DNA of 64,000 nucleotides from Amphiscolops sp. MND2022 (GCA_964187785.1 OZ076409.1:806001-870000), one strand, 5' to 3'; positions 1-15,172 are shown, counted from the first letter of the stretch. Notes: a model not told the origin generated them from the sequence alone. Numbers and translations: made by a program.

Positions 1-242
1 TGACGTCACAGTCCAATGCTACTTCCGCTTACTCGACGGTAAACCTATAACTGCTTACAGTCAACGACGACTACCAACCGCAGTCGTTACATGACGAAAA
101 GTTTCATTGAATACACACGACAGCTACCTGCCCCCCTGCTATCCAAACCTTCCAGCCACCGAGCTAACCAACCATCCTCAATCACGAATCCCAATCAGCA
201 TTAACTCAGAGCTCCCGCCAACTTTCTTTCAAAGAGGCGGAG

Positions 243-1452
243 TGTCATACCGGTTGGTATGAATTATAACGACTGAAGAATGAAGTCTCCACCAACCGAC
301 TGAAACATTTAAAACACAAACATTTTAAACACATGTAGACGCATACAATGGACGATTGTACTATGCAGTCGTCAACCCAATTTCACCAATGTCACAAATT
401 ACCAGTGTGCTTCGACACTTTTTACAAGAACATATTTTCCTTTCACCTGTTTAGCAATAACGACTAAAACAGATAGTCGAATTCAGCAACCTTTATGTGC
501 AATATATGAAACTTTTACACAAACGACTGGCATATCCGGTTGTACCTTTACTTAAACATACATGCAGTTTTTTATATCTAAATCATCAATAGTCCAATTA
601 CTAGAGCATCGCTTAGTTCACCAATAGTCATTTAGCATCGTTTAGTTCATAAATACTCATTCAGTCAAAACTTTGCGAAATTACCAGCAACGACTTCGAT
701 CAATAGTCGTCCATTTGTACTTAGTGCTAATTAGAGCAATATTACGACGATCAAAGTGCAGTAATTACATTCATCAATTCAATCATTAGTACGCGCTGTG
801 ATGTTACAAGGTAAATGATGCATACTGGTGTGATAATAGAGTGAAAGTACCGAAGTGGTAAATAACAACGACTGAAGTGACCAGTCGTACCAAATGTACC
901 ATGAGGTGCTAACAGCAGGTTAACCAAAATAACCAATTGAAAAGAGACTCAAATAATCAAGTGCAATTAACGAGTAATTACGAGATTGAAGGTGCTACTA
1001 CAATTTGAAAATCCAGTCACAAGAACTTTACTACTGTGAAATCCAGTCGTACCTTAACAAGCACTTTACAAAAATCTGATTCTTAAATTTACCATTCATA
1101 ATTTAAACCGTTTCAAACTATAACTTTTCAATCATGGTAAATACTCGATCGAGGTTTAACAGAGAAAATAGGATTGAGCAATCTGGAACTAGTAGGTATT
1201 CTGACGACGAAGACAACATGAGTGTTGCTGACCATTTCGGTGAAAATATCTTGGAAAATGAGACGGAAAATGACATGAGAGAGATAGAGAGGGACCACGA
1301 AAATCATAGATTTGAACAACGTTTCTTGGAAATGAATCGCCAAATTGGAGAACTTACCAGCATTGTGAGAGCCCTTACTGATAGATTATCGAATAGTAGG
1401 GAAGAGAACAACAGAGACGTACTTAACTCGGAGACTTCCGCCCGTTCTGACA
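243..1452 (+). mobile_element. 3' LTR (~1.2 kb) of a Ty3/gypsy element related to element A; element body extends left of the window
   Basis: Purine tract AAAGAGGCGGAG at 231-242 then TGTCAT...; ends CGTTCTGACA (A ends CGTTCCGACA); contains Gag N-terminal ORF from 1134 (MVNTRSR...FEQRFLEMNRQIGELTSIV) similar to the A LTR ORF. Confidence 0.8.
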
Positions 1453-3223
1453 CACATGAAGCAATATGTATGATTCATGTTTATGAAACGCTGGTAGTTT
1501 GAGAATTAAATCTAAACGATGCACTGTGAATGTTTTTGTATTTTAGTTTTATGATGCAGTTTGTTTAACTGCATTCTTCACTTTCGTATGCAATTATTTT
1601 CATGCGTTAGGCATGACAGTTTGCCATATTGACTTCGTTTTGACGGATGAAATTTGCCATGTGACAACCTTCTGGGTTGGTGAAGGCGTTGATAGAGTGC
1701 TGTGGTGTAATATTTCGGGAATATGGCTTGCTGGAGTGGTTTTAGTAATTGCTGGAAACTCGGAATACGTTATAGTAATTTATTGGTATGGTTAATTTTC
1801 AACAAATCCTGGAATATCTGCAAGGATCTGTACAGATCTGTACAGATTCGCAGGGAGCGCTCAACATGGGGTGTGTTTTGGAAGTTTCGTGAATTGAAAG
1901 ATTCTATCACAAATCCAAAAATTTATTCCCAAAGCGAGTGATGTCTGAATTGAATGGAGTGCTCGATTGGTTACCATTCAGAAAACTCTTTTTCTACAAG
2001 TGGAGGAGAGATAAACGCAAAATTAAAACTGCGAGAGTTCAAGTCACAAGACGTCACAAGACTAAACAACAATGTCTTGGACGGAAGTTTGAAGATTAAA
2101 AGATCAACATTTTCAAAAATTATTGAACCGTACCATCTCCATTGATGAATTTTCTACACAGAGCAATATCGGATCAATGTTGCGCATGTGCGACAAAAGC
2201 TGTTGAAATAGAAATTACAAAAGACTGTTAGTCCAAATTCCAGTTTCAAAGATTATCTTGTAAGCCTTGACCGAAAATGATTGTTGTTGGTTAGCTTATG
2301 GACGCCAAAACTCAACAATTACCAATTGTGTTTCGGAACTGAAAGACTTCAAAAACTATTTCATCACTGCTGTGATTTTTCGAAATCGTCTTTATTTTGG
2401 ATGGAACAATGACCGTTTTTTAAAAATTGAAAATAACTGACTTTTTACATACTTTTGTTTTTTTCTCATTGATCATCGACACCTAATTGTAATAATCAAC
2501 AACAACTCAACTAATTTTTGTTCTACACAATCTACGTAGATTCATCTTTTAGTTGTAAAAAGCATTGCTGAGAAAAATTTAAAAAAGGGGGCAATGAAAT
2601 GATGAAGAACAAAACTTTATAGCTTTGGAAAATGAAAAGGTAACAATTATTCTCTCCATTTTCCCTCTTTTTGTTCCCCGTGAATGGTGAAAAAGATAAA
2701 ATAGCAGAGAGTTCGTTCCTTTTCGCAGCGCCGCTTGCGATTCGAGGAAAATTGAGGAAATTTTCACAACAGTGGAACAATACTCTGAGCGTGTGTGGCG
2801 GCGGCGGCGACGCTAATTCGTTCACTTTCTCATCAATTTGTCGTTTCTCTTTTTCTCTGACACTGCGGGCGGACCATCCGTAAAAATTATAGAAAAAGTT
2901 TCTCTTCAATTTCGTTCGAATTCGCTCTCTTACAATTTGGCGCTTGCGTTTATTGTTTAAACTTCATTACTTAGCGTAGCTCCTTTGTTATAGCCCTGTT
3001 TGTAGCTAGTATAAGATATTCCACACCTCTCAAGATATTGGAAAAGGTCAGAAGAAATAGTTTTTGTGTACAAGTTTTTTTTTCAAAATTTATTTCAAAA
3101 CGATAATTGTTTATAAAGTTATTTGTTGCAATGTGAGTCAAATAATTTCTGATTTAAAGAAAATTCAATACAAATCAACATTGTTTGAAGAAATTCGACT
3201 GGATCTAACATACCAGTTTCTTG

Positions 3224-3622
3224 TTTTTTGTCGGCGCTTTTTCCTTTTAAGGAAAAATTCCCGACTCTTACAGTGATTTTTTTCTTCAGACTCACACTGA
3301 TCGGTCCACTTTTTAGACAAACTCCTGAAACCACTAAGGCCAAGTCCGGCCAATGCAAGCTTAGTGCAAAGGGTCCCTCCTTACATTTTTAAGGTTACCT
3401 GCAAAACCGGACGAGACTAAAGGGTCCCTTTTGATTTTTTTCGGCACTGTGCGACTTTTTTTTCGAAAATTTTTCAATGTCTCCAAAAGGTCCCCCATTC
3501 AATTTTTTTGCTGTTTTGCAACACTGGTTTTTCAAAAACCCAAGAGCCCCTCTTACAATTTTAAAAACTTAAGCTTTTTGAGCCTTGGATATAGCGCCGA
3601 CTTTAGACGTTCTCGTCTTGTT
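3224..3622 (+). mobile_element. Non-autonomous Helentron-like (HINE/DINE-1-type) element
   Basis: 5' T-run, GTCGGCGC sub-terminal repeat with adjacent hairpin; 3' GCGCCGAC followed by AGACG-TTCT-CGTCT hairpin and TT; same family as 28265-30454 in the opposite orientation. Confidence 0.6.
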
Positions 3623-4021
3623 ACTAATCTCAGAATTGTCTTTGTACTGCCATTTTGTTTGAAGCGAGAGCGGGGAATGAGATCTAAAGATGATCAAAAA
3701 TTTTGACATGCTCAGTTTCGAAATAAGGAATAAGATTTAAATTTAGATCTTATTCACTTTAGATCTTACTCTTTAGAGTTGAAATAAGATCTGAAATTTA
3801 TTGATTTTAGATCTTATTCCCTTTTTGGCTTTAGATCTTGTTGTTTAGATCTTATTCCCCTCCACTAAAATTAACTTGAACAATATCTGAAATTCCGAAA
3901 TTGGTGAAAACTTGATCCGTAAAAAAAGCATTTTCAAAATCTAAAGTTGAAGGTTATTTTGGTGTTTTATTTTGGTATAGTCGGACCCCGGTTTACCGCA
4001 CCTCTTCGGGAGTATCTCATT

Positions 4022-4194
4022 GAGCCACGGCGCTCTAATTTGAGGAGTCTCCTTAGACATATGAAAAAGTCCCTTAGGAGACCTTTAGGGACTAAAAACT
4101 AGTGTTTAGGTTGGCTGTAAGACTATGGTCTCCTGTCTAGGCAACCTGAACATTGTCCCAGTTCTGGTATGGGCGTCACTAGCTTGACGTTACA
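4022..4194 (+). repeat. Diverged fragment of the LTR-like repeat at 30743-31460 (3' end)
   Basis: Inverted similarity to 30743-30912; ends GACGTTACA. Confidence 0.55.
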
Positions 4195-4478
4195 TACGTT
4201 GAAAAGAGTTTACCGTGTTTCGTATACTTCTGTGTGTAAATGTTTTCCAGTGGTTTAGTAATCAAATTGCCGTATTATGAGAGTTACGTTGTAGCGATGG
4301 TCCGTTATACTGAGGTCCGACTGTAAAAAGACACTTTGCCTAATGCAATATTGCTGAAAATCATTTGGCCTACTTTTCTTGATTTTCGAAAGAATAAAAC
4401 GGTTGAAGCCACCAAGGAGCGCTCTTCACATATTCACCCAGACATCCATCTCTCTTCAGCAGGTGTTGTTGGGAAGCG

Positions 4479-4779
4479 ATGAGAAACTGGTCTTCGTCCT
4501 TCTCGGCTGACAGCTCCTCGGGGGCCCATGACCTGTTGGCGACTGCAGTTGATGACGTCACAGCTGGTGTGGGGGGAGCGGGTTGCGACAACTCCTCCAT
4601 CGCCCCCCAGTCGCTGCTGCTAGAAGTGCAGTTTCAGAGCTACGTCTCCCATTCGTCTCTGTACAACCTCTGCATCTCCGGTCTTTTCGTGTTGGTCTCC
4701 TTGCTGACCATAATCGGCAACGCGTCCGTCATCTGGTGTCTTGCCAGGTCCAGCGAGGAACTGCTCACTGGCAACACAG
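4479..4779 (+). CDS. Class A (rhodopsin-like) GPCR, coding exon 1 (N-terminus and TM1)
   Basis: ATG at 4479; N-glycosylation sequons (NWS, NSS); hydrophobic TM1 with GN motif (GLFVLVSLLTIIGNASVIWCL); phase-1 donor CAG|GTAAAC at 4780; GC-rich against AT-rich flanks. Confidence 0.85.
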
Positions 4780-6629
4780 GTAAACACTTTTTTAAACAAA
4801 AACATGCAACTCCTGCCAAGAACCTGGAAGAATCCTTCAAGATCTTGAAGGACTTCGAAGGAAAATACATTTATTGCAAGCAAACGTTTTGTAAGGAATA
4901 CGTATATATGGTATATACCATCAAGATCTTTCAAGGAATTACTTTTGGAGATTTTGTCTGAGATCGAGAATGCGATCACTTTTGACATCATTTGCTTCAA
5001 TTGTTTCAAAGTTGTTCATCAGATTTTGTCTGAATCATGTTTTATGATTTACTCTGGAAATTTGTGAGCAGAAGTCGTTTTATCCGGAGTTATATACCTT
5101 TCAACTTTGTTCCAATTCGAATTGTTCAACAGAAAGCGCAGTGGAACTGCCATAGTTTTGGTATAATCCCAACAAATTATCTTTTTAGTTTAACATTTTC
5201 ATGTTCCATTTTCATTCAAGGAGGTTCTTCACATTTTACCGAAAATGGGTAATAATATAGTTCGTGTTGAAAAGATACAAAAATTTAACAGAGGTTAGCA
5301 TCAATCTTCTGCTATTTTTCTGGAAAGACTCAAAGACTTAAGTCAGATACAGCGCTTTTTCGCTATATATCAGAAAATGGTAGAAAATTTCGGCCACGAG
5401 CGGATTTTTAGGTGAATTTGATGAACTTTGCAAACTAAAAAATTGCACAATACCAAACAATTCGGAACCGGCCCAAGTCGGCGCCCGCTCAAGTTTCTTG
5501 AATGTTCAAAGGACACTGTTTCATAAACGTTTCCCACCTTTTCAGTCCCGACAAATACCCCAAAAGGTACGCATAAGCCTTGGAAACCGCATTTTCCCAA
5601 CTGGAAACAAAAAATCCATTTTTCGGAAAAAAATACTTTAATTGTTTCGGACGAGTAACATAGTGCCGAAAAAGGAACTTTCAGCTCGAAAAACTACCTA
5701 TTCTCAAGCCGAAATTTATCATGAAAGCGTGCGAGAGGGTTTAGTGAACCGTTTAACCAAATGAAAGGTTAGAAAAATACGCAGAGCCAAAAATAGCTTT
5801 AACAAAGTATGAAAACGTATCAAGATCAAAACAGCTAATCGGTTAAGTTGAAAACGGATAAGGTCTCACGAGACCAAAAAAATCCCAAAAATTGAAAGGT
5901 GGACCTTTTTGTAACATTGAAAAATTCTCCAAGAAGCGTTATATCCGGTATACGTTATATCCGGAATTCGTTATTCCGGTGTGCGTTAAATCCGGTATGT
6001 GTTGTGCTGTTCAAAGGTAGTATGCAGATTGTCAAAAATGAAGGGTAGATTTTTTGGTAGAACTATTTTGGACAGTTCAGGTGAATCAAAAAAAGCCATG
6101 ACTAAAGTCGATAGTCGACTCTTTTCTTACGAAACGAACGGAATAAGAAACAGAACCCTGTTGGAGGGACATTTTGGACCCTGTATAGTTTTCCCAACAA
6201 AAAGTCCTCCGCGGGATTTGAACTCAAGAACGTATCCTGCCAAGTCATGGCCATAACTTCTACTCCACTTCGCGGGCCAAAATTACTTTTTGATCAGTAG
6301 TTCAGCAGTCAATAGCAAAAATCGTTGCAACGCTCTCGAAAAAGAAGAAACTTCGCTGAGAAACACTTTTCAAGTTTTTGAGAATCTTGCAGAATTTTGT
6401 TCACTTCACATGTAACTCCTGATTTTGCAAAAACGTTTTTAGTTACCTAGGACATAACAGTATTTCTGTAGAAATTTTAGATAGCGAGGGCTGGAGAGGT
6501 TTCCCAAGGATCTACTCTATCAGAAAAGGTTTTTTATATGATGATTTCTTGCCTCTGCTCATAGGACTAGCTTGACACTAGTTTCTCTCCACCTTGCTCT
6601 ATCGGCTCTATATTCGCAATGGGACTGTG

Positions 6630-8640
6630 TGTTAGAATAATTGAGTTAAGAAATCAATATAAAATCACAGAACACGCTACAGACAATCTTCCACTTGATT
6701 ACTCGGCGAATATTTTTCACGATCCAGCCAACTGAATCAAACAATCGTCAAGTTCCGGACTTGTACGATTGCTTTCACCATCTCACGGAGTAAACGACGA
6801 CCATCTACTCCAGCTAGTTCGGATCTCTTGCCCCCGTCCCGAGGCACAACTGAATTCTAGCTCTCTAACTCGAGAAGATCGAGTGTTAATCCGAACAAGT
6901 ATCTTGTCTCCACAAGACTCAACTTGCTCCCAGCTTTCTAACTCGCTTCTGTTTAATCAGCAAATTTCATCCGCTTCAATTATATTTGTTCATCACGGGC
7001 ATTTTTGTCATTCGGCATCGGTGTCGCACAGTTGCATGCTTTTACCTTCATGTTTACCTATTCCTTATATGGCATAGCGAGCGCTTCTAATTATACTTCA
7101 ACTAAACATTCTTTGCCGCCAACGATAAATAAGTCAACAACAGTTGTACAAAAGCCACAACTCAAAATTATTTCGAGTCACCGAAGATATTTCTAATATC
7201 AGGTCAATTATCCAATGACCTTCCATTACATGGTTTACATGCTTTCTACACGCAAGGAACACGTTTCCTATCATCCTAGGTGAGGTGCATCGCGAATCTT
7301 CCCACCTGACTGAATTGCATAATTTATCGTTCAAACAGCGCTGATTTACATGTTTCATCGTAAGTTTCTCTATACATTCCGGGGTTGCATCTAAAATAAC
7401 TTTGGGGTCCGTACATGACCTCGAAGTTATTCGTTATCATCTAATGTCGCTATATGCCAAGTTATTCAGTCCTAGGGCCACGTATCTTAAACAAACATTA
7501 CTTCGCGCGTAGTGGGCCAATTATTGTGTCTTTCATGTATATTACTTAGGGTTGCTAGATGAATATCGTTGGCAAGTTTCATGATCCTCGGGTCAACTGG
7601 TGGCTATTTACATAACTTTCGCGATTTAATTGTTTGGGGTCAGTGCTCCTCCTACGCGCGTCGTAGGGTTCTGAAAATATACGCAAACGGTGTTATATCC
7701 TATGAACTACCAATTCCATATATTATCTGACTTAATCCGTGCTTGGTCGACGAGTTCGCAGGGGGTCGACCTAGGTCACTTCCGGTGCTAATAGCCCGGA
7801 ACTGGGGGAGGTACGAGGTCGGGTACCGCGAGGCGAAAGTTGAGTTAACACCTCTAATTTATACATGCCAAATTTCAGCTCCATCGGACTAGTCCTTCCC
7901 AAAAAGGGGGATGGTGTTTTTCCTTCAGGTTTCTTTTCCGCATAGTATAAAAACGTAGTAAATTCGCTCAAAGCGATCGATTCTATCTTAGCCGATTCGA
8001 ATCATTTCATCGTTGACGTCAATTCGACTATGCATTCGAGTGGCGAGAAGTATCGTCTAATCAAGTAAACTCCGAGTTTGCCGATTGAGCCGTAACAAAA
8101 CATACTCTAGTCAGCCTTTTCAGCTGTTTTCACTATTCCGACGGTCTAAAAACGTAATTAACCTAGTTCTGTCTATCGTATGTGTTTCGCACAAAAGCAA
8201 TGGACTTTTGTAGACGCCAAAAGCTAAAATTTCCACAATTTCGTTGTGAGTCATATAACTAACTTCAAATTGCAAATTAAGTGAAATCACTTTAAATTTT
8301 AATTCAAACTTTGGAGAGCGGATCACTTTGCAGACAGACGGTTTATTGAGCCATCGAAATTAAAAATTTGTTCGCGGATGTTCAAGAGATATAAATTGAA
8401 AGTGAAATTAAAGATTAAATAGGTTGAAGTTGTGTGGTACACAGCGACGAACTAATTAGGATAATGTATTCATCGTGGTGCCACTTCTGATCGCGCGACT
8501 GGTTTTGACCAAGGCCGACCTGCAGTGGCTCGAAGCGCCGCCTAAGCAGGAAGGCCGTCATACCACAAATATGAAATTGATCACTTCACTGATATGGCAT
8601 TTAATTATGTTTGTCAAATATCGGCATTGCATTGTGGACA
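6630..8640. mobile_element. Probable solo LTR (~2.0 kb)
   Basis: TGTTAG...GGACA termini flanked by 5-bp direct repeat CTGTG (6625-6629, 8641-8645); no second copy in the window to confirm. Confidence 0.5.
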
Positions 8641-8899
8641 CTGTGAACCGCCCCTAAGCATTTGTACTTGACATTACATTACTATACGGTCATTTGCAAT
8701 GATTTAGCGTAGTGTAACAACTCTTCGGGTAAACTCTTCGTAGTGTAAAGTGTTATAGGTTTGACTTGCGGGTTGTCATCTCAGTGCAAAAACTACTGTT
8801 TCTGGTTTATTTGTTTTAAAATTATACTAACTATTTTGCAAGGTAGTGGTCCTAATCAGGCCTGAATTGCAGTGAATTTTTGTAACGGCAAGCTCTGGT

Positions 8900-9230
8900 A
8901 CAGCAATATCAACCGATTTTGCAACTTTGACATGTTCAGAAATTTTGTCAAAAATTCTAATCCGATGTGTGACGTGGCACTGAGCATGTGATTGCTCTTT
9001 TCGCTGTTTCCACGAAATTGGCAGGTACTTCGACAACAAAGAGCAAGAACGAGCAAAAACACGGGCGCGCCGCCATGACAGAAGCCAGAGACGGCAAGAA
9101 CATCCGAAAATGGACTCTTTTTGAGGTGCTAACACCGGTTTTATCGATTTTCAGCATTATGCTACCCTATGTAGCAGAAACCGGTAAAATGAGTCTTTTT
9201 GCTTAATTGTCCTTGTTTGGTGCTTGGAGC
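8900..9230. repeat. Dispersed repeat with an inverted diverged copy at ~35800-36050
   Basis: Shared AAACAGCGAAAAGAGCAATCACATGCTCAG...AAATTTCTGAACATG; explains the look-alike small ORFs 8856-9062 and 35823-36035. Confidence 0.6.
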
Positions 9231-11052
9231 CCCTGCGCCCCAGCTTTTTAGCTGTGTGGTTTGCCATATTCGTGCCTGTTTTCATGTATTTTCAGTGATT
9301 TTGGCTGTATTCAGTAGCGCTAGCGCTAGTTTAGATCTTATTCCCCAATTTTAGATCTTATTCACATCTCACCCTGGAACTGGAAATTTACCTTATTCTT
9401 GGCATTGTTTTTATATGCTAGTTAAGCGGTGGTCTTTAGAGAGCCAGAAAGATGCCCGTTACTATCAGCAATCAAAGACTAGGACCGGTTGGACAGTATT
9501 CGTCGAAGCACCCGCGGCCCCGGGACGTATTCCACCCCTGGAGGCAAAATAAATCTGTGGCGATGGGCGCCTGTCCCGAGCGATTCACCCATTCCTGCAG
9601 GTTCCTCCACCTCTGTTAACGTGTTAAGCGACCGATAACAGCTTGCCGTTACATTTTATGCAGTTGCCAGTTGCTGGCGGGCGTAGCCTACACTGTCTAT
9701 GAACTGTATCAAACGTTTCTTAGTACGATGTGTGAGCCATCATTTCCGATTTAGGCGTGATCGAACCGCAAACGTATTTCGACATGTGTGGAAGATCAAA
9801 GCGTCGAAGAATTAAGGAAACATCATTTATTGCGAAAACTAAAAGCTCCGGTTTTTTCTTTTTAAGTAACTATTAAAAGCGTTTCTTGAGCAAAATTTTC
9901 ATATTTTTCATACCTTAAAAACGAGTTTTTAGACCGAATTTTGTTGATGGCCTTTACATATAAGAAATCACGTCGGGAAAATTTTTTGTGAACAGTGAAG
10001 TCAACAACATAACAATATTCATCTTTGAAGGCATTGTTTAACTCTTCTAACGACCTGAAAAACAACGATACAAGGGAAAAACATTTAAAAGATATACTGG
10101 GCATAGTATGGTCCGTTTATGGACTAAATGTTTTCCTATACATGACTAATTAGCATGACGTAGTCAATTAACGCTCAGGGTTATAAATTTGTTGACTTCT
10201 CCGTAACCATGAACCAATTTTCATCAGTAACATATCATCACAATCATTGACGTTGATTGATGCTTGACGTTGATTGTTTCATGATTGATATCGTTTGAAG
10301 CAAAAATCCCCATAAAAAGTGGCTGGCTGTATCGAAAGAGATAATGCTCTTACAGAAAGAAGTCGAACAATTTTGTAACATCTTTAGAGTTTGTGTATGT
10401 CAAAATCTTTAATGTATCTTTTCGAAAGTAGAAGTAAAATCGAAGCCCAATACTATTCGAAAGGTTTCACTATAACTTTTTATGGAAAACATTTAGTTCA
10501 AAGAAGGACCATATAGAAACATTTAGTTCATTCAACGACTATCTATGAAAATATTTCAGTTAAAGCATGATCATTAAATTTTTGTTTGGAATCTAGTTTC
10601 CATAGATGGAAACATTGTTTGGAGGGAATAAATATTATGTCTACCAGGCTACGCAATCAAGTGTTAAAAAAGTGATCATTTTCCTTTTTTTCCGAGTCAA
10701 TTAGTCTTTAGTTAATACTAAAGAAATAGGGGTGGACTTAGTTTGGTTGCCTGCGTATGCAATTTATTGGACTCACAATACTTTTAAGATCTCAAACAAG
10801 TAATGAGTTTATCAAAAGTTCCTGTAATTGGTACGAAAATGAGCATTTCACTATGCAATGGGTGCGAAAATGAACTTTTTAAAATTTTAATGGCAACTCT
10901 CGCATTCTATCAACACAACAGCGTGTTCGAAAAAACAGCTTCGACGCTTCAATCTCAACACGTACCTAGGTCAAAAGAACTGATGACACCTTTGAACGGA
11001 ATACACATCCATGAATCAAAGCAAGAAACATCACCAAAAAAATGATACTTCT

Positions 11053-12627
11053 TGTAATGAGTATCCCCCACATCCTCATCTCCAGTCAGATTACGGGGGA
11101 ACTCGTCTCTCGAACTGCTTCTAGCTTTGCAGTTGAGATTTCCTTCGGATCTATTTTCCGGTCTCTCAGTTGGAACATTCCATCCCTTTTGGGGCATTTG
11201 TCCGGAACATTTGTCCAAGTGAGGCTCGAATTTGTTGCAACACTTGTTCATTAATTGTTCCACTTATAGCCCTTTGAACTTCAGAACTCACGTTTATTAC
11301 TCAAGAAAATCAGATCATTCATTTCGTGAGTAATTCTTTGATTAAGTTCTCCTGACAGCCTGTTTATCTCGCTACTAGAGTCAAATTCTATTAAATTATG
11401 GGCTTTCCAGCAAACCTCCTGATCTCATTCTCACCAGAATTAGAGTGAGAATTGGTATTGTGGTCTACTAATGCATCGCAACTAGGACTTTCAAACCTTC
11501 TAGCCGAATTTCAAAACTCGCTATATTTTTTTACAAGTGGTTGCTACCAAGCATTATATCCATATCTTATAAGTCAGATAGCATCTCAGCGTCTCTGGAT
11601 TTCCTAGCTTCACTTTCTGCTTTCTCGTAGTAGGCATGTTTGAAAATGAACGATTTGAAATACTTGAATTTCGATCGAAAATCGTTTATCTATTGAGGGT
11701 TGAACGCTAATGTAGTTCGGATTGATTTTGTCAACCAAAGAGGGATAAGAGTTTATATACCCACTTCGGCATGACGCTCACATTTTTTGTATTACAAGGT
11801 CATCAAGATTAACATATTTTCAGTACTAGAATTCCGCAAACGGCCCATGTCCAAATTTATCATTCTACATCAAGGTGTCGGAGGAAGTTAAAAATTACAT
11901 CAAGCTGAACATTCCACATGAGCATGTGCCTACGCGCGTATCTCAAAGGTCATGTGAGTAGTGTTTTACTTTACAAACCTTGCGTAAAGAGATGATTATC
12001 ACAGTTCTCTAATCGGACTATCTGATTAATAGGATGCATGAGTCTCATAGCCTGAACTTGGTCTTTCATGGTAATAAGTATCAATCAACTTATAGAGCAA
12101 CAGCAAACTTGTAGGGGTAAAAATAAGCACTTCTATTTTTAACACAAGTGAAAGGAAAGGTATCATTAACACGCTGGTACTATTTAGTGTTTGATCGCAA
12201 TTTGGCCTCAACGGCATATTGCCTGACTTCAATATGATACCAGCGTAGTTTAGTCAAATGGCCTTTTCCGGCTATTATACCACAGTACAATAACAGCACA
12301 ATGAAAGATTAGCTCTGATTGGCTAATTGCCTAATTTCAAGCGAGGACGTAGAGAGAGTAGTTTAGCACACTTGAACTCGTTTCCTTCACGTCATTGAGT
12401 TTGCATACACAGCACCTTTCTATTCATAATTTGAGAAACTCAATCAACACTGTTAACAGACTAATCTAAGTATTTAACTCAACAGTATTACATATCAAAA
12501 CAAGTTGTATTAGCTCCGGAAATTAAATCAGTTCTTACTAACATAAAAAAAGTTCTAATAAGTAGAAAGCGTTTCTGGGGCAATTTACGGTCCCATTGCT
12601 GTTGTAGAATACTGTGTGCCATCGACA
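11053..12627 (-). mobile_element. Solo LTR (~1.6 kb) with a decayed Gag N-terminal frame
   Basis: TG...CA termini with TSD CTTCT (11048-11052, 12628-12632); minus strand from 11637 reads MPTTRKQK..RKSRDAEMLSD, later SSSEINRLSGELNQRITHEMND..VQRAISGTINEQVLQQIRASL, with stops and frameshifts. Confidence 0.7.
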
Positions 12628-14089
12628 CTTCTCAATTTTGAAACTTTTCAATGCTTACCAGGCAGGAATGTAGGAACGACATTTGAAGAACATTTTCAGA
12701 ATAAAGAAATGAATACTTTTTAAACCTGACCGACGATGAATATTTTCAAAATATTGTCCCATATCGAATGAGGGAAATATACATTGTTGGAACGAAGAGC
12801 GTATTTGTACCTTTCTTGGATTGTATTTACAACACATTGGTTTTGTTCACAAACAAGAATGCCGAAGTGATCTCTACCTGTAGCGGACATCCAAATACGA
12901 ATTCTTTTCACAAACAATAGCTTACTGTGATATACTATTCTGAATCATAGATGATTTTTGCTGATTCTGATCGGTAACTTAAGACAACTATTTTAAACCT
13001 ATCTAAGACAACTACTGTCGAACTTCACTTTCATGTACGTTCATTATAAGGTAACATTCGTAATTATTAATCAATCTGAATCCCCGTCTTCCCAAGTTCT
13101 ATATATAACCGTCCTCCTATATAACGTAAACTTCGAATTAACGTATAGGTATACGGGTATGAATTTCCCGTATAGGTATAGAATAAAGAAGCTCGACTGT
13201 ATCGGAAAAAATGATCATACTGTATTCCAAAAAACCGAGAAAAGAAATCTTTTAATTTTTTATTGTCAATATACTTGAATACAACATTTTTCTCAAATCC
13301 GTTGTCCTCTGGGTATAATGAAAAATGAAACAAAATGCGGTAAAGTGAGATTTTTGCTCTATTTTGTTTTCGTTTTATCGGTATCGGTCCTCGGAAGTGA
13401 CAGCTTGTTTTTCGAATTGAATCTATTTTTACCCAGATTAAATGCGAATTAAATGACAGGCACTTACAACAGCAGAGATTATCAGAGTTGCTCTGAGAGG
13501 CTTTAGAGAGAGTTCGTTCTATACAGTTATAAATAGAGAGTTATAACCATTGATTTTTGACCCTGTGTTCACTCAACGTGGGGGGATACATATCGAGTGA
13601 AAGACAGACAGGAAATCGCAGCAACTCGGTTGTTTGCTTACCAATGAAGAAACCTTGAAATTTGAAATGTTGGTATGCACTCAAAACGAGAACCTCATCA
13701 AAACAGACAAAGCGTGTTGACATGTTTATCGCGGCTTAAAACCAAGGTTGTGACTGTTTCCCAAGAATTACGAAGGTAGTCAGTCAGTGCTTCACCAATT
13801 AACTCAAATGACAGGCGCTTCACGCAATGAAACACTTTCATCACATTAAACTGACAGGCGTTCGAAAAACAAAGTTCAAAGCAAACAATTTTATTCAACA
13901 TTTTGCCGAAAAATAGAAAACAGTTGAGATACATAAAAAGATGACCAAGGAACTTAGTTTTTTTAAGCTCTAATAGCTAGAAAAGGGCGCTGAAGACTTT
14001 TCTAAGAAGGTTTTTCCGTCAATGAAAATCAGTGTTTCTTTGTATTGGACCAAAATCCGGTACGAACACTATTTAATAATTTAACCTGC

Positions 14090-15172
14090 TGTCGGAACGA
14101 CCGTCAGTACTTGTAGTTGCTGGATTCAGTCTGTTCCCTTCTCCATTAACGGAGGCAAACTGATTGGTCAGTGTAAGGACTATATTGGTAAGGTCTCCGA
14201 TTTGTCTATTAATCTCATTAAATCGCTGGTCAATGCTATAACTGTTACTGTTTTGACGTCTAGTTAAAACGTCGTCAGAGTCAAGGTCTACCATTTGGTC
14301 TCTGGATAAAAGTTCAGGGAAACTGGCTTCACTTTCGTTATCGCTTGATCTATCCATATTTTCAGTTTCTACTTGTCTATTTTGACTACTCTGAGATCTG
14401 GTAATTACCATGAAAAGTCTGGAAGTTTTAAGTTGAATTGAAATGTTTTAATGTTAAAATAAGGATTGATAACTCGTAAGCAAGGTAGTAGGCAACTGGT
14501 TATATCACTGGTTACAACTCGTGAGTGAGTTCGGTTTTACCCGGTTGTGTAACTATAAATGTGTGTTAGCACCTTTCCTTTTAGCCAATGACATTCGATT
14601 TACTAATTGCTGTTTAATTGCACTTGACGACTGGCGGCTACAGTCGTGACGGGTGATAATCGGCGTTTAATTATTCATGTTTGATCCAGTATGACCGCAA
14701 GCACCAGTCATTTTAGCACGCAATTGTCTCAATTGCCTCTTAAACTGAGGCTTTACTACCGCGTGTTCTTATCATCATGGTGACTGATTCAATTATCGTT
14801 TGGAGGATAATTACTAAAAGGCATTGTACAAATTGCTAATATGAATGAACGAAATGTAGTTGTTATGAATGATTGAATATTCTGGTAAAACTTTACATGT
14901 AATATAAAAAATGGATGAAGAATGATTAAATCACAAACTATCACGATAGCTGATGACTGATTGTTTCAGTCTTGGTTTCTAAACGATGCACAATAATATG
15001 AATGAATTTAGTATTGATGACTGTTAGTTCCAGTCGTTATACTCTCAACTGTATTGTTAGGGGAATAAATTACTGCAATGTATTTTCATGATGATCTGTA
15101 TTTTAGGGAGTTTGATGTATAAATTAATGTTTTAGAGTTCGTTTAATTCCTTCATGCTTGGCGGGCATGACA
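14090..15172 (-). repeat. Element A 3' LTR
   Basis: Direct repeat of 24873-25954; preceded on the minus strand by PPT AAAAAGGGGGGGAA (15173-15186). Confidence 0.95.
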